Shown: one piece after another, positions 1 through 10,011 of the stretch
How positions within the stretch are numbered: the first letter of the stretch is position 1
Layout of the letters: each line of letters begins with the position of its first letter
Source: Candidatus Micrarchaeota archaeon
GTDB taxonomy: Archaea > Micrarchaeota > Micrarchaeia > Anstonellales > Bilamarchaeaceae
Assembly (NCBI GenBank): GCA_043816005.1
Contig: JBDRIM010000054.1
Location: 1-47,341 of the forward strand
Length of the DNA stretch: 47,341 bases
Direction of reading: 5' to 3'
Notes under the pieces: generated by a model
Databases searched by the model: none
Seen by the model: only the letters and a program-made list of their open reading frames with translations
Told to the model about the DNA's origin: nothing
Made by a program: the position numbers and the translations under genes

Positions 1-2
1 CA

Positions 3-227
3 ATACCATGCATTCAGATAATCGGATGGGCTGTGATAATAATAGGCTTGATTTATTTCTGGATTTATATTTCAACCAAGGCATATATGCACGTACATAA
101 GATAACATTTGTACATGCATTTGTAATTATGCTGATTACATTGTTTATAAGATTTGGAGTTATGATATATGTATTGGATTTTCTTTCTGTTTTGTTAGGT
201 CTGCCTGATATATTCAAAACGTTGTAG
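3..227 (+). CDS. Membrane protein, 3' part (Yip1-like C-terminus), truncated by window start
   Basis: Frame is open from position 3 (IPCIQIIGWAVIIIGLIYFW...AYMHVHKITFVHAFVIML); hydrophobic helices. Confidence 0.5.
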   Translation: MPCIQIIGWAVIIIGLIYFWIYISTKAYMHVHKITFVHAFVIMLITLFIRFGVMIYVLDFLSVLLGLPDIFKTL

Positions 228-263
228 GTCAACTCGATCAATAATAAAAATCAAGGTGAACGT

Positions 264-1218
264 ATGGTATTTGATCCAAAAAAATTCATAGTAGAATCAG
301 AAAACGAGATAAGAAAAAGGATAGGTAAAGAACATGCAATAACTGCACTCTCAGGTGGAGTTGATTCTTTTGTAGCTGCAACTTTGGCATCAAAAGCACT
401 GCCTGGTCAAATCCATGCATTCTATGTAAACAACGGACTCATGAGAAAAAATGAAACGGAAAAAGTTGCAGCAGTTGCAAAATCACTAGGGGTTGAACTT
501 ACTGTGATAGATGCTAAAAAACGCTTCCTTGATGGACTCGTGGGTGTTGATGATCCGGAAAAAAAAACGTAAGATAATTGGCGAGATATTTGTAAGAATT
601 TTTGAAGAAGAAGCCAAAAAAAAGAAAGATATTGGATTTCTAATACAGGGAACAATTGCTCCTGACTGGATAGAAAGTGGTGGGATGGGCCGTGATACAA
701 TAAAAAGCCACCATAATGTAGGAGGCCTTCCTGAAAAAATGCATCTTAAACTCTGTGAACCATTGCGTGAATTGTATAAACACGAAGTAAGATTAGTTGG
801 AAAAGAACTTGGTCTTCCTGAAACAGTTCATCAAAGACAACCATTCCCAGGACCAGGACTTGCAGTGAGAATCGTTGGTGAGATAACAGAGGAAAAAGTG
901 AAAATAGTTCAGGATGCATGTGATATTGTTGAAACAGAACTTGATGCAGCTGCAAAAAAAATTGAAAAACCATGGCAATATTTTGCTGCGTTATTACCTT
1001 CAAAGACAGTTGGTGTGAGGGGTGATGAAAGATCATACCAATACACAGTAATTGTACGCGCAGTACGAAGCATGGATGGAATGACTGCTAATTTCTCACA
1101 TATACCAATGGAAATTCTGGAAAAAATTTCAACTAGAATAACAAATGAGATTCGGTCAGTTGGGCGAGTTGTTTATGATATAACAAATAAACCGCCAGGA
1201 ACAATAGAAATGGAGTGA
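264..1218 (+). CDS. guaAB: GMP synthase subunit B (ATP pyrophosphatase), with a one-base frameshift in an A9 run at 559-567
   Basis: [10 protein letters not shown]-loop, DPEKKRKIIG split across frames, [47 protein letters not shown]. Confidence 0.93.
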
Positions 1219-1308
1219 ACGGAGATGTTCACTACTGTCAAGAACGCTTCCGCGTTCTTAACATGGAATAAATTTTATTGATTCGCTTCGCTCATGATAA
1301 TGGAATAG
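1210..1308 (+). repeat. Hairpin insertions with triplicated guaAB terminus (ATGGAR-stop at 1210, 1263, 1300)
   Basis: Stems agtgaac/gttcact and aagaacgc/gcgttctt between the first two copies (53-nt unit). Confidence 0.7.
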
Positions 1309-1320
1309 AATTTGAAAGGA

Positions 1321-1581
1321 TCAGACATTCATTTTTTCTACAAGAGCTTGAAAATTTTTGCCGAGTTGAATTGGATCGACATGATTTTGTCTGTTTCTAA
1401 GTGCATACAAATCTCGATCTGCTTGTGCTACAGAAGTAGATGCATCTTGCGGTCGAACCTGTGCAGCACGTGAAAGTGCATCTAAAGAAGAATGGATTTC
1501 TACTTCGGCTCTTCGAATAACAACCCGTTCCTCAGGTGGTTTTTCAGTAGGTTTTAGATCACGTTTAAACACTCCAGCCAT
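1321..1581 (-). CDS. Hypothetical protein
   Basis: 86-aa ORF divergent from the TPR gene, no recognised motif. Confidence 0.6.
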   Translation of the reverse strand: MAGVFKRDLKPTEKPPEERVVIRRAEVEIHSSLDALSRAAQVRPQDASTSVAQADRDLYALRNRQNHVDPIQLGKNFQALVEKMNV

Positions 1582-1657
1582 ATTCCCACATCTTTACACT
1601 GATTGCAATATCATATTAGATAAAACCATTTAAAAGGTTACTCCCAAAGGAATAAGC

Positions 1658-2167
1658 ATGGCGGAATTCGACGAGGCACGAGACTTACTAAGCAAACAAA
1701 TGTATAAGGAAGCCGCAGAAATGCTTGATCGAATGACACCGACTAACAAAAACAAGGACGAATTTTGGTATCTTCGCGGAATTGTATCACTTAAATTAAG
1801 GAATTATGATGCTGCACAAGAATATTTTGAACGAGCAGTATTACTTGATAAAAAATCAAAATATTACCAAATAAAAGGGATGGCTCATTTTGAGGTTTTT
1901 GAGATAGAAGAAGCAATTGATGCATTTCTCAAAGCACTTGCACTTGAACCAAATAATGCCACAACGCATTTTTTCCTCTCAATATGCTATCTTTTTCTCG
2001 ATGATCCGCGATCGGATTTTTATATTAGAAAAGCACGTAAGATAGATACTAAAAAAACAAAACAACTGTTGTTAAATTTCTACTCATTATTCCTCAAAAA
2101 CGATCCTCATATGAGTACGGCTCAGAAAGCTAAAATTGAAGAAAAAATACGTAAAATAAAAACTTGA
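1658..2167 (+). CDS. Tetratricopeptide repeat protein
   Basis: WYLRGIVSLKLRNYDAAQEYFERA and KGMAHFEVFEIEEAIDAFLKALALEPNN TPR patterns. Confidence 0.85.
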   Translation: MAEFDEARDLLSKQMYKEAAEMLDRMTPTNKNKDEFWYLRGIVSLKLRNYDAAQEYFERAVLLDKKSKYYQIKGMAHFEVFEIEEAIDAFLKALALEPNNATTHFFLSICYLFLDDPRSDFYIRKARKIDTKKTKQLLLNFYSLFLKNDPHMSTAQKAKIEEKIRKIKT

Positions 2168-2178
2168 GAGTTTACTGT

Positions 2179-2649
2179 ATGAAATTAATTGCATTGATTA
2201 TGGTTTCCTTACTTTTCCTTGGTTGTATTACCCCACCTAAAAGTGGTTTGGTTCCTTCGGATCTTGAAATAAAATATAGTTATGGTGCATGTCATGCAGA
2301 ATGGGGAAGAACAACAATAACTATAGATGCAGATGGGAATGGTATATACCAAAGCGGAAGCGGAATGATGCTTGACAATGGAAGATTTGAAAATGAAGGA
2401 TTTAGAAAAACATTTACTTTGAATGAAAGTGAAATACTTGAACTACTTGACAAAATAGAAAGTAGTGGGTTTTACTCACTTGATGAACATTATAGCGATC
2501 CGATGGTAATGGATGGTTCGTGCAAATCGATTTTTATAACTAAAAACAATTTTACAAAAAGTGTTTCGGTTGTGAATACTAATGCTCCAGAGGCATATTC
2601 TACAGTCGCTGATGCCATAATAGGCATTGTTGAAAGTAAAACGAATTAA
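2179..2649 (+). CDS. Putative lipoprotein
   Basis: MKLIALIMVSLLFLGC lipobox-type signal; ATG at 2179 preferred. Confidence 0.7.
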   Translation: MKLIALIMVSLLFLGCITPPKSGLVPSDLEIKYSYGACHAEWGRTTITIDADGNGIYQSGSGMMLDNGRFENEGFRKTFTLNESEILELLDKIESSGFYSLDEHYSDPMVMDGSCKSIFITKNNFTKSVSVVNTNAPEAYSTVADAIIGIVESKTN

Positions 2650-2696
2650 TTTTCTTCATGTTGAAAATCCAGCCTGATTTTTGACTCTAGAAAAAA

Positions 2697-3596
2697 TTAA
2701 CCAAATTTTTTCTTCATCTCATCCAACCATGCTCTTTCCTTTAGTGAATGAGGAGTAATTGTTCTGGCAAATTTTTCAATATTTGATGATTTCCCACGTG
2801 ACAACCAATTTTTACTTGTCTTTAATGATTTCAAATACCCCGGATTTGCTAAGAGAATCTGACGCAAAATTCGTTCAAAATGAGTCTTTTGTTTTATTGC
2901 TTCTTCTAGTTTTCTTGTTGCTATTGTTTCCGGAATGGTCCCTTTTCCAAGCGCCTTTTTCAATTCGGTTTTTGCATTATTTTCGTCCTGTTGATATTGG
3001 CTGATTTTAGTAGCAAATTTTGCAATTGGAATCTTGATAAGAGAATCTGAAAGCAGGAGAAGCCAACCTTCACGGAGAATAGTTTTCTCTGCTTTTTTTA
3101 TTGCTTCTAATGCATCTGCCTTTATCATATCCTGATTCATAAACCCTCTTAAAATTGGAAATGTAGCAAGAAAGGAACGTGAATGTACTACACCAACCCA
3201 ACCACGCAATGTCTCTTTTGCGGCTTTTATCTGCGTACGCCATTCCATTAGCTGTTCCAGCTTAATGTTTACCTCTTTCGGCGATAGTTGCTTGAAATCC
3301 AAAATCCATGCTTTTTTTGAAACAACTTTGCCGATGTTCTCATCTTCCATAATTATTTGAAGCAAGTCTGGAAAATATTTGTTTAGGGCACGGAATTCCT
3401 CAAGATTTAGAAGGAGTTCATCTATAATTTCGCTCCTCTTCTTGCGTATTTCTTTCCAGGTTGCACTCATTTCTTTTTTCAAATCGCCATCATAGATGCG
3501 ATGGAATTGACGCTCTAATTTCTGTATCCTGAGCCGACGCTCATGAACATACTCGGCAGCTTCTTCAAGATAATCTATAAGTAGCATCGCAATCAC
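2697..3596 (-). CDS. Hypothetical helical/coiled-coil protein
   Basis: 299-aa K/E/L-rich ORF overlapping the stop of the upstream endonuclease IV gene. Confidence 0.7.
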   Translation of the reverse strand: MIAMLLIDYLEEAAEYVHERRLRIQKLERQFHRIYDGDLKKEMSATWKEIRKKRSEIIDELLLNLEEFRALNKYFPDLLQIIMEDENIGKVVSKKAWILDFKQLSPKEVNIKLEQLMEWRTQIKAAKETLRGWVGVVHSRSFLATFPILRGFMNQDMIKADALEAIKKAEKTILREGWLLLLSDSLIKIPIAKFATKISQYQQDENNAKTELKKALGKGTIPETIATRKLEEAIKQKTHFERILRQILLANPGYLKSLKTSKNWLSRGKSSNIEKFARTITPHSLKERAWLDEMKKKFG

Positions 3597-4423
3597 TTTC
3601 TAAATTTCGAATATGTACTCATAAGCTTAATAGCATCAGCATCTATTTTTGGTGTCTCGCATATTATAGTTCCTGAATAATTATTTTCAGCAAGAATTTT
3701 CATAAATGGTTCGAATGGAGGTTCGTTGTTTGTACCAAGAACAAAATGATTTAATTCTCCCTTGGCAGAATAATTTATCTCAGAAAAATGACAGTGGAAC
3801 CTTTTTACATAATCACCAAGTTCATTCTCTAATTTGTTAAAAATGGCTAGATAGTCATTTTCACCAGTTATACGAAAATCACCGCGGGCATGAAGATGGG
3901 CAAAATCAATTACTGGTTCAACTGACTCTATCTGTTGAGAAAGTTTTATGTTTTCCTCAAGACCACCGAATGCACTTTTTTTCCCAACTGTTTCAGCTCC
4001 AAGTCGGATTTTGATTTTGTACTGTTTAAGTTTTTCATCAATTTCCTTTAGATTTTTCTTAGCAATTTCGAATGCTTCTTGGGGGGATAATTTCTGATAG
4101 AACCCAGGGTGAAAAACAGTTATATTGCCTCCACATAAGAAAGTTGTACGTGCAGCCTCGAATATGTGCCTTTTAGAATTTATTATTTTTTGTTCCTCCA
4201 AACTGCAAAGATTAACATAGTAAGGTGCATGTGATGAGAGAGAAATATCAAGTTTTTTTGAAACGGATGAAATTTCTTTTGCCATATCATCTTTCATTCT
4301 GACTCCATGGACAAATTCCATTTCCATTGCAGCAAGATTCAATTCTGAACAGCATTTTATCCCATCAACCGTTGTACCATGACATTGAATTGGAATACCT
4401 GCTGGACCAAAACGAATTGTCAT
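3593..4423 (-). CDS. nfo: Endonuclease IV / AP endonuclease 2 TIM-barrel protein
   Basis: FGPAGIP, SHAPYYVNL, VFHPG, ETVGKKSAFG, IDFAHLHAR, HCHFS, ICETP metal ligands. Confidence 0.88.
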   Translation of the reverse strand: MTIRFGPAGIPIQCHGTTVDGIKCCSELNLAAMEMEFVHGVRMKDDMAKEISSVSKKLDISLSSHAPYYVNLCSLEEQKIINSKRHIFEAARTTFLCGGNITVFHPGFYQKLSPQEAFEIAKKNLKEIDEKLKQYKIKIRLGAETVGKKSAFGGLEENIKLSQQIESVEPVIDFAHLHARGDFRITGENDYLAIFNKLENELGDYVKRFHCHFSEINYSAKGELNHFVLGTNNEPPFEPFMKILAENNYSGTIICETPKIDADAIKLMSTYSKFRK

Positions 4424-4465
4424 AGAATGAATTGGAAGTTAAAATTAATAAAAGAAGAGAATTCA

Positions 4466-4517
4466 AATAAAAAAGGAGATTGAAAGAACCGTTCAATAAA
4501 AAAGGAGATTGAAAGAA
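4466..4517. repeat. 23-bp direct repeat x2 (aataaaaaaggagattgaaagaa), period 29
   Basis: Exact copies at 4466-4488 and 4495-4517. Confidence 0.85.
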
Positions 4518-4567
4518 TCACGGGGTCTTAATCAAATTAAAAGGAAGTTAAAGAAACCTTGGTTTCT

Positions 4568-5416
4568 TTACTGGCACGTATGTGTTTGTTGATTACATTG
4601 TTCTCCTTGAACACAATCTGCTGCTGTATTACAGAAACCAGTCTTTGCATTGCAATAATGGCTACTATCACAAACTTGCCAGTCACCACAATCAGTATTG
4701 ACATTACACTTGTCAACATCAGGAACACACCTATGCGATTGACTACTACAAAGCTCCCAACTATTGCATTCATTGTGGGCAATACAATATCCTTGTCTTG
4801 CAATACATTTGTTTGTTGTTTTATCACAAAGAGTCCATGAATCACAATCTTCGGTACTCATACAAAAACCTACTTTTGGAGCACACAAATGAGTTTTTAC
4901 ATTGCATGCTTGCCATGAATCACAGTCACCATCAAGATCACATTTACTATCAAGTAGAACACATCTTTTTGTACTAATATCGCATTCTTTCCATGCTTCG
5001 CAATCTCTACTATCAACGCAGTATCCTGGTGCAGGACCACACTGATGTTTTGCAGGATTACAAAATTCTGATGGTTGATTGCATTGATCATCAGCATCGC
5101 AATAGCCTGGCGCTGGTCTGCATTTGAATTCTGAATCGCAGACTTGCCACCCTTGACAATCACTTGTTTTTCTACAGAAACCATCCTTAAAGACACAGAG
5201 ATGGGTACTTGTGACATCACAAATTGTAAGATTATCACTACAGTCGACATCGGCCATACAATAACCAGAACGTACAATACACGTACTACCTGATACATTG
5301 CATTGTTCCCATGATTGACATTCTGAATCAGATGTACATGAAGTTGGACCGCTATTTCCGCCGCATCCAGCCAAAAAGATAGTAATGGCAAAAAGCCCGA
5401 TTAGAATAAATCTCAT
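4568..5416 (-). CDS. Cys-rich repeat lipoprotein (10 four-cysteine repeats)
   Basis: FLAGC lipobox followed by ten ~26-aa G[YF]C-x5-C-x2-W-x2-C-x5-7-C units. Confidence 0.85.
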   Translation of the reverse strand: MRFILIGLFAITIFLAGCGGNSGPTSCTSDSECQSWEQCNVSGSTCIVRSGYCMADVDCSDNLTICDVTSTHLCVFKDGFCRKTSDCQGWQVCDSEFKCRPAPGYCDADDQCNQPSEFCNPAKHQCGPAPGYCVDSRDCEAWKECDISTKRCVLLDSKCDLDGDCDSWQACNVKTHLCAPKVGFCMSTEDCDSWTLCDKTTNKCIARQGYCIAHNECNSWELCSSQSHRCVPDVDKCNVNTDCGDWQVCDSSHYCNAKTGFCNTAADCVQGEQCNQQTHTCQ

Positions 5417-5478
5417 GAGGTGTTATTGAATTGATGGTTTTATAAGATTTTAGTCTGCTAGAAATTATAATAAAAACG

Positions 5479-6144
5479 CTAACAGCGCCTAATTTTAGCA
5501 ACAATAGATGGTAGCTCCCTTATAGAATTGATGATGAAATCTGCTCTGCTTGGAACATTCCCATGTTTCCCAGTCAAAACACGAACCGTTCTGATGCCTA
5601 TTGATTTAGCAGGTTTGATGTCTGTGTCTTCCCTATCCCCAATAATTACGCATTCATTAGGTTTCACATCAAGAGCAGTAATTATTTTTTTATAGAAGGA
5701 ACTATCTTTTTCTTTTTCAGTGACAAAAACACCATCAAAATAAAGAGCCAGCCTCAAACGAATTAGTTTGTCCCATTGCTTGGTTGAGATTCCGCTTGTT
5801 GCAATATAAAGTTTGAATCCGTTCTCCTTTAGACGAAGAAGTGTTAATGGCACAGTTGGAAATGGTTGAATTGCTGTTTTGGTATCATGATATGCTGCAA
5901 CAGCAGCAGCAATATATTTTTCAGGTTCTTTGACTTTAAGTTGTTTGCAGAGTTCATCAAAATGCCCCTCATAATTTGAACCTTTTTTTTCAATGATTTT
6001 TTGCAGTTTTGAATTGAGAAAATTATAATCAAAATTAAGTCCCATGCTTATCATTGCATTGATAGCATTTGTCCTTGCTAAGGTGGAAAATTCAGTAGAT
6101 GGAAAAAGAGTATCGTCGATATCAAATAGAATGAATTTGAGCAT
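5479..6144 (-). CDS. HAD-superfamily hydrolase
   Basis: FDIDDTL motif I, IATSG motif II, IGDREDTDI motif IV. Confidence 0.9.
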   Translation of the reverse strand: MLKFILFDIDDTLFPSTEFSTLARTNAINAMISMGLNFDYNFLNSKLQKIIEKKGSNYEGHFDELCKQLKVKEPEKYIAAAVAAYHDTKTAIQPFPTVPLTLLRLKENGFKLYIATSGISTKQWDKLIRLRLALYFDGVFVTEKEKDSSFYKKIITALDVKPNECVIIGDREDTDIKPAKSIGIRTVRVLTGKHGNVPSRADFIINSIRELPSIVAKIRRC

Positions 6145-6162
6145 GATAACTATAATGCATTA

Positions 6163-6279
6163 GAAAATAAAAAGGACCAAGGTTGTCCTTGAAATTCTTA
6201 TTTCAAGACAGTCAGGAAGGCTTTGCCTTCCTGCCACCTTTTTGAATCTCCTTTTTATTAGAAACGAAAATAAAAAGGA
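6163..6279. repeat. Branched hairpin insertion between 14-bp direct repeats
   Basis: gaaaataaaaagga at 6163 and 6266; inner stems ttgaaat/atttcaa and caggaaggc/gccttcctg closed by aaggt/acctt. Confidence 0.7.
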
Positions 6280-6347
6280 TCTTGATTCTTTTGAATTTGT
6301 TTTTTAGTAATTGTGAGAATAAAAAGAATTAATTTAAAATGAAAAAA

Positions 6348-7343
6348 TTACCTTCCTTCTCTTTCAACTGGTAATCTGGCGCTAAGAGGGGATGATATGG
6401 TACAGTCGCTAGAAGCAACTTTGTGACGTGCTATGTCTTTTCTTATCCTAGCTAGAACATCCGAATCTCCTGCGTTAGGACAGACACCACCACAGCTGAC
6501 AGTACCGCTACCTGGAACAACTCTTCCAGAGCTATCAACATTTGCAGTAATGGTAACGATAACTCCAATATCTCTAGCACCTAAAGTTGATCGTATAGAT
6601 CTTGAATTGTCATGTAATGCACCTACAATGAGGCCATGTACTTTTGCAACAACATCATCGCCACATTCTGGAGTCATCCGTCTTGATGCTTTGACTGGTT
6701 TTGGTGGATCGCAACCTACAACAACTGCTCCAAGTTCATAAACAGGTCCTTCTGATGTTGAAATTTCTTTTACTACACCTGTTCTAATAGTTCCTTGTAA
6801 AGCTTCTGGACCATCACACGTAAATGTATCTGCAAGACATCCTTCTGGAACTGGATTTCCTGTGAATATAACACTGCTTGAAGCGATTTGATCTGCAACT
6901 TCGGTTCTTGAAGAAGGACGAGAAGGATCTGCAACTTCAAGTGGATCTGCTTTACCATCTCCACAACGACCGCAACTTGCTGGATCGAAGTCTTTTGATC
7001 TGTGGTCACCTTCACCTCTGTCTAATTCACATTTCCCATCATCTTTTGCAAGTGGGGGTAATGGAGGTGTACATGGAGTACATTCCATTTCAATGATTTG
7101 GGGAGGAAGAGGAACTACTTGATATTTAGTAACAACTTTTGTCATTGGGTTTGCCATAGCAACACATGGAGTTGGTTCTGGTGGTGGAGCAATTTTATCT
7201 GGTTGGCATTTCCATGGGATAAGAAGTGCAGCAACAGCTGCTACAGTAATACCCACGGCAGTACTATTTCTCCACCCTAATCTCTTTGATTCGGGAGTAG
7301 TAGGACTTTTTCCACCAGGATTTTTTAAAGATAATTTTGTCAT
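6348..7343 (-). CDS. Membrane-anchored Pro/Cys-rich protein
   Basis: Single TM (AVGITVAAVAALLIPW), Pro-rich linker, CGRCGDG motif, small C-terminal alpha/beta domain. Confidence 0.7.
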   Translation of the reverse strand: MTKLSLKNPGGKSPTTPESKRLGWRNSTAVGITVAAVAALLIPWKCQPDKIAPPPEPTPCVAMANPMTKVVTKYQVVPLPPQIIEMECTPCTPPLPPLAKDDGKCELDRGEGDHRSKDFDPASCGRCGDGKADPLEVADPSRPSSRTEVADQIASSSVIFTGNPVPEGCLADTFTCDGPEALQGTIRTGVVKEISTSEGPVYELGAVVVGCDPPKPVKASRRMTPECGDDVVAKVHGLIVGALHDNSRSIRSTLGARDIGVIVTITANVDSSGRVVPGSGTVSCGGVCPNAGDSDVLARIRKDIARHKVASSDCTISSPLSARLPVEREGR

Positions 7344-7450
7344 ATTTTCACCGTTGTAACCATAATCACCACATGCGGTAATTGTGTTACAATATATATT
7401 TTAGTGGGAAACTATATTTAAAGCTATGTTTTTTTAAAATAATGAAAAAA

Positions 7451-8665
7451 TTATGAGCTATGAGGTGCCTCGGCAGGAAGCTCTAGAGCTTTAGCCTCAT
7501 TATTGAAATTTGTGTTTCTATGCAATCCAGACCATCCAATGAAAATTGATTGGACTGTAGCTAATCCTACAACTGCAATTGGTTGTAATGCACCTAAATA
7601 TTCAACACCTGCACCTGCGAGTGCCAATGTAATATCAACAGCTGCACAAACACCAACCAGATAAATTTCAGGAATGTATGGTTTTATTTTTAGGTTTGCC
7701 CAGAATTCTGCTGTTTTGTAATGTTTTGCGCTTTCCACTAAAGCAGATAATTTTTCTGCTTTTACTACTGGAACAACGCGTTTTGTACCTTTATGTACTG
7801 AGTCAAGAGAAAGATCTAATGTGGCATTGCCAAATTTAGTTCTGACATTAACACTGGTTGGTGTATCACCAACTCGGAGTGTAATATTTTCGCGTGTTGT
7901 TCTATTGTTGTGTTTGTTAATCAAAACGAAATTGTATTCGTCTCCTTTGGAACCTGTATATTCCAACATACAACTAGCTACTATCTTTTTTTTGGTACCT
8001 GGAAGATAAAAGTTAACTGTCTTGAGTTGTCTTGATTGTGGTTCTGGAATTGGCATGTCCATTATTCTAGTTGGAGCAGAATCTGGTTCAGCAGCAACTG
8101 GAGAAACATCTTCATCCATACCAAAACGATCTAATGGTCTTTCTGGAACATGAGGAGTGAAATCAGCTCCTAAATCAGGTGCTCTTGCTGGGACTGGAGT
8201 TGGTTCAGCTTGTTCGCCAATAGGTTCTCTTGGTTTAACATATACACTTGCTCTTCTTCGTGGTGGCGGTGCTTCTTCAACAGGTGCTCTTGCAACTGGT
8301 AAAGGAATATCGTCTAATGCGTCACCCTCTACAACTACTTTACGAGATGAACCTGCCCCTAAAAAAACAGAAGTATCTCTTGAATCATCATGTGCTTCAA
8401 CTGGTGGTGCTTCAACAGGTACTGCAATAGTTCCAAATTCTGGACTTCTATCAGCCCATGGTGCTCTTGTTGGTGCTGGAGTTGGTGCTTTTGCTGGTTC
8501 TGGAACTGGAGTTCCTTTTGAACCTGCATGTCCGCCACCATCTTGTAAACCAGCATCACTTGGAGGTCTTATGACTGGTCTAACAGTTGTATCAAGACCC
8601 TTCCTAGCATCAGCTATTCCTTTTCTTTCTGCTGCTATTCTATCTCTAAGACTTCCGCCTGCCAT
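7451..8665 (-). CDS. Hypothetical protein: disordered Pro/acidic N-half, beta-rich domain, two C-terminal TM helices
   Basis: 404-aa ORF coupled to the upstream gene (stop/start overlap at 8665). Confidence 0.75.
   Translation of the reverse strand: MAGGSLRDRIAAERKGIADARKGLDTTVRPVIRPPSDAGLQDGGGHAGSKGTPVPEPAKAPTPAPTRAPWADRSPEFGTIAVPVEAPPVEAHDDSRDTSVFLGAGSSRKVVVEGDALDDIPLPVARAPVEEAPPPRRRASVYVKPREPIGEQAEPTPVPARAPDLGADFTPHVPERPLDRFGMDEDVSPVAAEPDSAPTRIMDMPIPEPQSRQLKTVNFYLPGTKKKIVASCMLEYTGSKGDEYNFVLINKHNNRTTRENITLRVGDTPTSVNVRTKFGNATLDLSLDSVHKGTKRVVPVVKAEKLSALVESAKHYKTAEFWANLKIKPYIPEIYLVGVCAAVDITLALAGAGVEYLGALQPIAVVGLATVQSIFIGWSGLHRNTNFNNEAKALELPAEAPHSS
8472..8558. repeat. 87-bp repeat, copy 1 (copy 2 at 9842-9928)
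   Basis: 85/87 identical; encodes DAGLQDGGGHAGSKGTPVPEPAKAPTPAP in two adjacent genes. Confidence 0.9.
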
Positions 8666-10011
8666 TAATAATCACCTTTTCTTTGTGTTGATAATTCATC
8701 TCTACATGAAGCTAATCTTAGCATTGCAAGTTCAACGCGACCATCAATCTGAGCCTGCATACCTGCAGATGCTAAATCCTCTGCTGATAAATTTGAATCT
8801 GCTATTAATTCATCTCTTACTCTATCTGGAGTCATGCTTTCAACAACAGAATTTACTAATGGTGCACCAAAGTCTCTTATCATTTCTTTGGCCTTACCAC
8901 GAACAGGTACTTCCTGACCATCAGATATCACCGTACTGTTATTTCCACTATCTTCAGAAAGTATTAAGTCAAAAACTGTGCTTTTAGCAACCTGATTATT
9001 GATTGTACGAGTTGCATTTGCACCGGCATGATGTGATCCGAATGCAGCATCAAGTGTAACTCTTAAACCACTAACTCTTGTAGCTAATGCTTCAATTTGT
9101 CCTCTCAAACCAAAATCAGTTTGTGTTTCTCCTTCTTCTGGTGCTTTGCCTTCCATTGCATCCATGATAGCATCAACCATTCTATTTGTTCCATCTATAA
9201 ATGGATCCATAATGTCTCTGACTTGCCTTCTTACTTGTGCTTCGACTTCTGGTAATAATTTTTGTGTAACCTCGGCAACAATTGCATCAACATCAACTCT
9301 TGCTGGTTCTGGAACTGGAGTTGATTCTCTTACTGGTTCAGCTTCTACCGGTACAACTTGTACAGGTGGAACTGGTTCTCGTGTAACTGGACCTAACCCT
9401 TCAGATAGATCTGGTTCTACTGCAAATCTCCCTCTATCTGAAACTGGTGAAGAAAAATTTAAATCAACTGCTGATGGACCGTCTAAACCTTCGAAACCAG
9501 ATCCTAAACCTGCTCTTGGTACTTCAACAACTACATCTACATCCATAACTTCTTGTGTAGTTCCAGTTGGTCTTAATCCAGATGGTAATGGAATTGCATC
9601 TAATGCTTCTCCCCAATCAGCATCTGCTTCTGGTCCTGCAGCTTCAAGACGATCTGCATGTACATCTCCAACTGTTGGTTCATCTTGTGGAACTGGTGGT
9701 GCTCTAGCTTGCCCTTCTGCATGTGCAACTACTTGACTAGCAACTTCTCGTAAAATTTTTCGACGTTCTGATTCTTCTGCAGCTACAGGTTCAGTTGGTT
9801 CAGCTACCAGTGGTGCTTCATCAACATGTGCTTCAACTGAAGGTGCTGGAGTTGGTGCTTTTGCTGGTTCTGGAACTGGAGTTCCTTTTGAACCTGCATG
9901 TCCACCACCATCTTGTAAACCGGCATCAATTGGAGGTTTAACTTTATCTGGTTGTCCTCCTTTCATCCTTGCCAAACGTTCAACTAATCTATTACCTGCC
10001 ATAATTATCAC
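8665..10011 (-). CDS. Hypothetical Pro/acidic low-complexity protein with helical C-terminus
   Basis: 448-aa ORF overlapping both neighbours; likely start MAGNRL at 10002. Confidence 0.75.
   Translation of the reverse strand: MIIMAGNRLVERLARMKGGQPDKVKPPIDAGLQDGGGHAGSKGTPVPEPAKAPTPAPSVEAHVDEAPLVAEPTEPVAAEESERRKILREVASQVVAHAEGQARAPPVPQDEPTVGDVHADRLEAAGPEADADWGEALDAIPLPSGLRPTGTTQEVMDVDVVVEVPRAGLGSGFEGLDGPSAVDLNFSSPVSDRGRFAVEPDLSEGLGPVTREPVPPVQVVPVEAEPVRESTPVPEPARVDVDAIVAEVTQKLLPEVEAQVRRQVRDIMDPFIDGTNRMVDAIMDAMEGKAPEEGETQTDFGLRGQIEALATRVSGLRVTLDAAFGSHHAGANATRTINNQVAKSTVFDLILSEDSGNNSTVISDGQEVPVRGKAKEMIRDFGAPLVNSVVESMTPDRVRDELIADSNLSAEDLASAGMQAQIDGRVELAMLRLASCRDELSTQRKGDY
9842..9928. repeat. 87-bp repeat, copy 2
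   Basis: Matches 8472-8558 with two synonymous differences. Confidence 0.9.

Noticed and set aside
4466..4517. Possible CRISPR array, here or at 15057/15197
   Set aside because: Only two copies each, unsuitable spacer lengths, no cas genes
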